A stretch of 27,251 bases of DNA, taken from assembly GCA_977862235.1 (NCBI GenBank), contig OZ374560.1, positions 2,914,001 through 2,941,251 on the forward strand, given 5' to 3'. The position numbers and the translations under genes were made by a program. This stretch comes from Dudresnaya verticillata (taxonomy: Eukaryota). Shown one piece after another: positions 22,962-27,251 of this stretch. The first letter of the stretch is position 1. Every line of letters begins with the position of its first letter. The notes below the pieces were generated by a model. It saw nothing but the letters and a program-made list of their open reading frames with translations, was not told the origin of the DNA and did not search any database.

Positions 22962-23957
22962 GCAAGGGAAATCGACGCCTGTAACGTCAGTCTACGCCAC
23001 AAGTTAAGTCCGAACCGCGGGTGCGAAAGTGGCTAAGCTACCTGGTAGTGTACCAGGTCGGACGGGTAGTGGGCCCAGTTGTGAGGACGGGTCAGAACGC
23101 GGGTGGCCGTGCCGCACGGGGGCGGGGTAGGGGTGAGGGAGGCGTGTCGGGGGACAGCTGGGCGGGGCTGAACATGCGTCAGAATGCGGGCACTTGATGA
23201 GGACGTGTCAGAATGCGGCTGGGCGCGGTGCGCAGGAGCGCGGGGAAGGGTGAGGGAGGCGTATCGGGGGACTGCTGGGCGGGGCTGATCGTGCGCCAGA
23301 ATGTGGGCACTTGATGTGGACGTGTCAGAATGCGGCCGGGCGCGGTGAGCGGGGAAGGGTGACGGCGAGGTGTCGGTGAACGGCAGGGAGTGTGAGACAG
23401 AGTGCGGTCACAGTCTGGATTGGGGCGGGGAGCGGCACTACGGGTCTGGGAGGGGGTGGAGAAGCGCGGCTCATTACGCGCAAGGCAGAAGCAGAGCGCG
23501 TGCGCACGCGCCGGAATGCGGAATGTGTGCGCCAGTAGCAGCACCAGGAAGGGTGATAGTGGGAGTGGCTGTCGGACGTGAGGAGGTGGCCGAGCGCGCG
23601 TCGGAATGCGGTGGGAAGCCACGTCCGAGCGCGTCGGAATACGGCGGGAAGTCGCCAGAATGCGGTGTGCGGTCGGGGGCGGGGGCGCGGGCGGCGGGAC
23701 GGGGCAGAATCAATTTCTGGAGAATTTTTAATTGGAACTTTTCGGAAAAATCACAAATTTCGGGAACTTTCGACCCCGGGGGGGCCCATATGCCGGAGCG
23801 CATAACTCCGAAACTATTTGCGTTTGCTCCGATCTGTTTGCACCACTAATCTCAGGGTAGCGCTCCCTTTCCAACGCGCTATTGAACGCCGGGATTCAAG
23901 GACCCTCAAAAAATTCTGTTCTATTTTGGAAATTCTGTAGCCGGCGAAATTTGTGTT
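22962..23957 (-). repeat. Right terminal inverted repeat (~1 kb)
   Basis: Inverted copy of 8429-9422. Confidence 0.95.
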
Positions 23958-23961
23958 CTTG

Positions 23962-25031
23962 GGACTCAGTTCCGATATTGATATCTCTGCACTCAAGAGG
24001 CATTTCAGTTCAGAGGAATCGTCCTGGACGGAACATCGGCTGGAATTGTGGCCAAGCTCCCGCAGTACGACCGTCTGAGTACTGGCATCCCCAAACCGAA
24101 ACGATCTTTGAAGTCATCTCTGCTGAGAAGATCTGATCAGGTTAAGGCCCTGAAGTTATTTATGAAGCTAGCAAGGTTTGCTCTGTCCAAGATGGAGAAC
24201 GTGGTTTCGTTAAAACTGAGTGGACAACGCGGCTTGACAGAATCCGGACTTGATATCTTACGGAATTGTGTGGACAGGGATGTATGCTACCGCCTCAGCT
24301 CTACCTCCAGAGGTAGCGGCGGTCATAACGAAGAATGCGTGCAGAAGCAGGTAGGTTGTGAGCTGGAGAACAAAGAGTTGTCTGAAACACTAAGAGTATT
24401 ATTCAAGTTGCGATTGAACAGAATCGATACAGCTGATATCGAAGCGGGAGCGGAGTCGGACGAATCCGATTTGCTCGACTTAATCACTGACTCCGAAAAT
24501 AGCTGTTCTGATGGGAGCAGAGATTTAATCTCGTCGCAACACTGGGTCGCAGAGTTACGTCACGGTTTCCATGTCGAACAAGACCTCTCTCTGCTGGATG
24601 CCACGCTGGACGTTTTGCAATACTGCACGTTAGAGAACTGCGCGCCAACTTTTCTTGCCCCAATACACACTGATGGCCCTGGTATTGCACCTACCAGTGC
24701 AACAGCGAGAGGGAGAGAGAGATTCGAGTTCTCTGCGGAAGGGCAACCAAGTATGAACTTAACTTATACGGTCCGAAGTTCTATTAGGGCCCATAAGGAG
24801 CTCTGCGAAGCCCTCGTAGCTGCAGTATCTCTAGAGCACCGCCGCGTACGGCAGCCAAATGAGACCCCAAGAAGACCACAAAGACCTGTCGGATTGCGTA
24901 GAAACTGGCCGAACGTAGAACGGACCTGCGCGCCGGTAGCAAGCGTGGTAGAGCGGGAGCGCGCAGACGAAGTCATGGCCAGTATCCGTGATGAGGACGT
25001 AAAATGGCCAAGTCGGGGGTTCAGTTGCTAA
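23962..25031 (+). pseudogene. 3' continuation of the KDZ-like transposase, truncated
   Basis: Joining at the TSD and removing one TTCAG of the duplication at 24004-24013 gives FSCSECEVPLTEGDRRTLGLSSDIDISALKRHFRGIVLDGTSAGIVAKLP…, in frame with ORF 24048..25031. FxCxxC…IVLDGT is the expected first catalytic-Asp context. The downstream catalytic motifs are absent. Confidence 0.6.
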
Positions 25032-25947
25032 CTTTACTCCCAACCTCTGGCGGGACGGCTTCATACCTTTTTCGGCTTAGCCGTAGTGTGTGGCCAGCTA
25101 AGTAGGCCCAAAATCGGCCATCTGAGCTAATCTAGAGCTATTCTACAGATGGTGGCCGAGGTTACTCCGGTCGGCCATAATATCTACTTGCGTTCCGGCT
25201 TCGGGCCAATGTAAGGCCCTTGCGAGACTAAACCAAGTACTTGTGCGTTAGTGGTTGGCCATGCGAGTTAGATTTTCCCTTGATTTTTCCACTGTCTTCC
25301 CTTTGATTCACTGTGCGGCCAAATCCAATTTAGATTTGTGTCTGGTCGCAAAATCAGATCATGCATGTACAGCGGGCCACGTGGTGCGCTTCGGTGTCGT
25401 AGGTGGCCACGTGCGAGCCACGTGTACAGTCGGTGGCCACGTTTCATACTTCCGCGCGCTCACCGCCGTCCGCGCCCCGACGGCACGACTTCATTGGCCA
25501 AGTGTCTTCATTTGGTTGGGCCGATCGTACAGTTGGCCCGTCGAGTTGCTTCCTTTCGGTGGCCCCCTTGCCGCTGCACCACAGAGCCCCCTTCGCAAGC
25601 GCGGACTCCTGGCCGCGAGGGTTTCATCTAGCCATATCAGCGCGCGTGATCCGCGCCGCTACCCCTCTCGCTGCACTCGGCCATCACCATCTTGCCCACA
25701 CCACGCTTCCTCTTACCAACACTTGCCAAAACATCGCGCGGGCGTTCTCGCTTCTTGATAAACTTGCGCGCGTCTTCCTTCGCTTCGGTTTCCATCGTGC
25801 GCACCTGGCCAGTTCGCTCTCGATGGCGGGTAGCCCTGCGAAAGCGCGTCCGCGCCGCACGGCGTCGGCCAAGAAGAAGACTGTTCGACCGACCGTTTCT
25901 TCTAGTTCATCATCCACACCGCCGTCGAGCAACCAAGAAGTCGCTGC
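25000..25947 (+). other. Telomere-adjacent GGCCA-rich segment with a truncated ORF start; probably the left end of another element
   Basis: More than a dozen (T/C/G)GGCCA motifs and four GCCACGT at 25376-25442. An ATG at 25823 opens MAGSPAKARPRRTASAKKKT…, which runs into the telomere. The left boundary is approximate. Confidence 0.4.
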
Positions 25948-27251
25948 GGTTTTAGGGGTTTAGGGGTTTTAGGGGTTTAGGGGTTTTAGGGGTTTAGGGG
26001 TTTAGGGGTTTAGGGGTTTAGGGGTTTAGGGGTTTAGGGGTTTTAGGGGTTTAGGGGTTTAGGGGTTTAGGGGTTTAGGGGTTTTAGGGGTTTAGGGGTT
26101 TAGGGGTTTAGGGGTTTAGGGGTTTAGGGGTTTAGGGGTTTTAGGGGTTTAGGGGTTTAGGGGTTTAGGGGTTTAGGGGTTTAGGGGTTTAGGGGTTTTA
26201 GGGGTTTTAGGGTTTAGGGGTTTAGGGGTTTAGGGGTTTAGGGGTTTAGGGGTTTAGGGGTTTAGGGGTTTAGGGGTTTAGGGGTTTAGGGGTTTAGGGG
26301 TTTAGGGGTTTAGGGGTTTAGGGGTTTAGGGGTTTTAGGGGTTTAGGGGTTTAGGGGTTTAGGGGTTTAGGGGTTTAGGGGTTTAGGGGTTTAGGGGTTT
26401 AGGGGTTTAGGGGTTTTAGGGGTTTTAGGGGTTTAGGGGTTTAGGGGTTTAGGGGTTTAGGGGTTTAGGGGTTTAGGGGTTTAGGGGTTTAGGGGTTTAG
26501 GGGTTTAGGGGTTTAGGGGTTTAGGGGTTTAGGGGTTTAGGGGTTTAGGGGTTTAGGGGTTTAGGGGTTTAGGGGTTTAGGGGTTTAGGGGTTTAGGGGT
26601 TTAGGGGTTTAGGGGTTTAGGGGTTTAGGGGTTTAGGGGTTTAGGGGTTTAGGGGTTTAGGGGTTTAGGGGTTTAGGGGTTTAGGGGTTTAGGGGTTTAG
26701 GGGTTTAGGGGTTTAGGGGTTTAGGGGTTTAGGGGTTTAGGGGTTTAGGGGTTTAGGGGTTTAGGGGTTTAGGGGTTTAGGGGTTTAGGGGTTTAGGGGT
26801 TTAGGGGTTTAGGGGTTTAGGGGTTTAGGGGTTTAGGGGTTTAGGGGTTTAGGGGTTTAGGGGTTTAGGGGTTTAGGGGTTTAGGGGTTTAGGGGTTTAG
26901 GGGTTTAGGGGTTTAGGGGTTTAGGGGGTTTAGGGGTTTTAGGGTTTTAGGGGTTTAGGGGTTTAGGGGTTTAGGGGTTTAGGGGTTTAGGGGTTTAGGG
27001 GTTTAGGGGTTTAGGGGTTTTAGGGGTTTAGGGGTTTAGGGGTTTAGGGGTTTAGGGGTTTTAGGGGTTTAGGGGTTTAGGGGTTTAGGGGTTTTAGGGG
27101 TTTAGGGGTTTAGGGGTTTAGGGGTTTAGGGGTTTTAGGGTTTTTAGGGGTTTTAGGGGTTTAGGGGTTTAGGGGTTTTAGGGGTTTTAGGGGTTTAGGG
27201 TTTTAGGGGGTTTAGGGGTTTAGGGTTTTAGGTTTTAGTTTAGGGGTTTAG
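25948..27251 (+). repeat. Telomere, (TTTAGGGG)n with TTTTAGGGG variants
   Basis: About 1.3 kb of tandem 8-mer with the G-rich strand running 5'->3' to the end of the sequence. Confidence 0.98.

Larger units (their letters stand above)
8429..23957 (-). mobile_element. 15.5 kb Sola-like DNA transposon with ~1 kb TIRs, carrying a DNA methyltransferase gene
   Basis: The left end AACACTAATTTCGCCGGCTACAGAATTTCC matches the reverse complement of the right end GGAAATTCTGTAGCCGGCGAAATTTGTGTT. The 4-bp TSD is CTTG (8425-8428 and 23958-23961). It contains a DUF7869/Sola-type transposase, and removing it restores the host reading frame. Confidence 0.9.

Overview
Eukaryotic chromosome end: about 26 kb of decayed, deeply nested transposons followed by a ~1.3 kb telomere of (TTTAGGGG)n starting at ~25948. 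The organism is not identifiable from the sequence; a red alga is a guess from the gene families. The outer layer is a Cys-cluster, KDZ/Zisupton-like transposase pseudogene (6804-8428, resuming at 23962) with decayed divergent ORFs to its left. It is split by a 15.5 kb DNA transposon (8429-23957) with ~1 kb terminal inverted repeats (TIRs) and a 4-bp target-site duplication (TSD), CTTG. That element carries a Sola-like (DUF7869-type) DDD transposase on the minus strand. On the plus strand it carries a ParB-like + DPPY (beta-class amino-MTase) DNA methyltransferase gene, plus captured host-like gene fragments and an orphan ORF. The transposase N-terminus and the methyltransferase C-terminus share one homologous ~95-aa domain. 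Four solo LTRs with 5-bp TSDs are present, one nested in opposite orientation inside a related one. The telomere starts abruptly inside a reading frame, suggesting a healed chromosome break. All family assignments come from motif recognition by eye, not from database searches.
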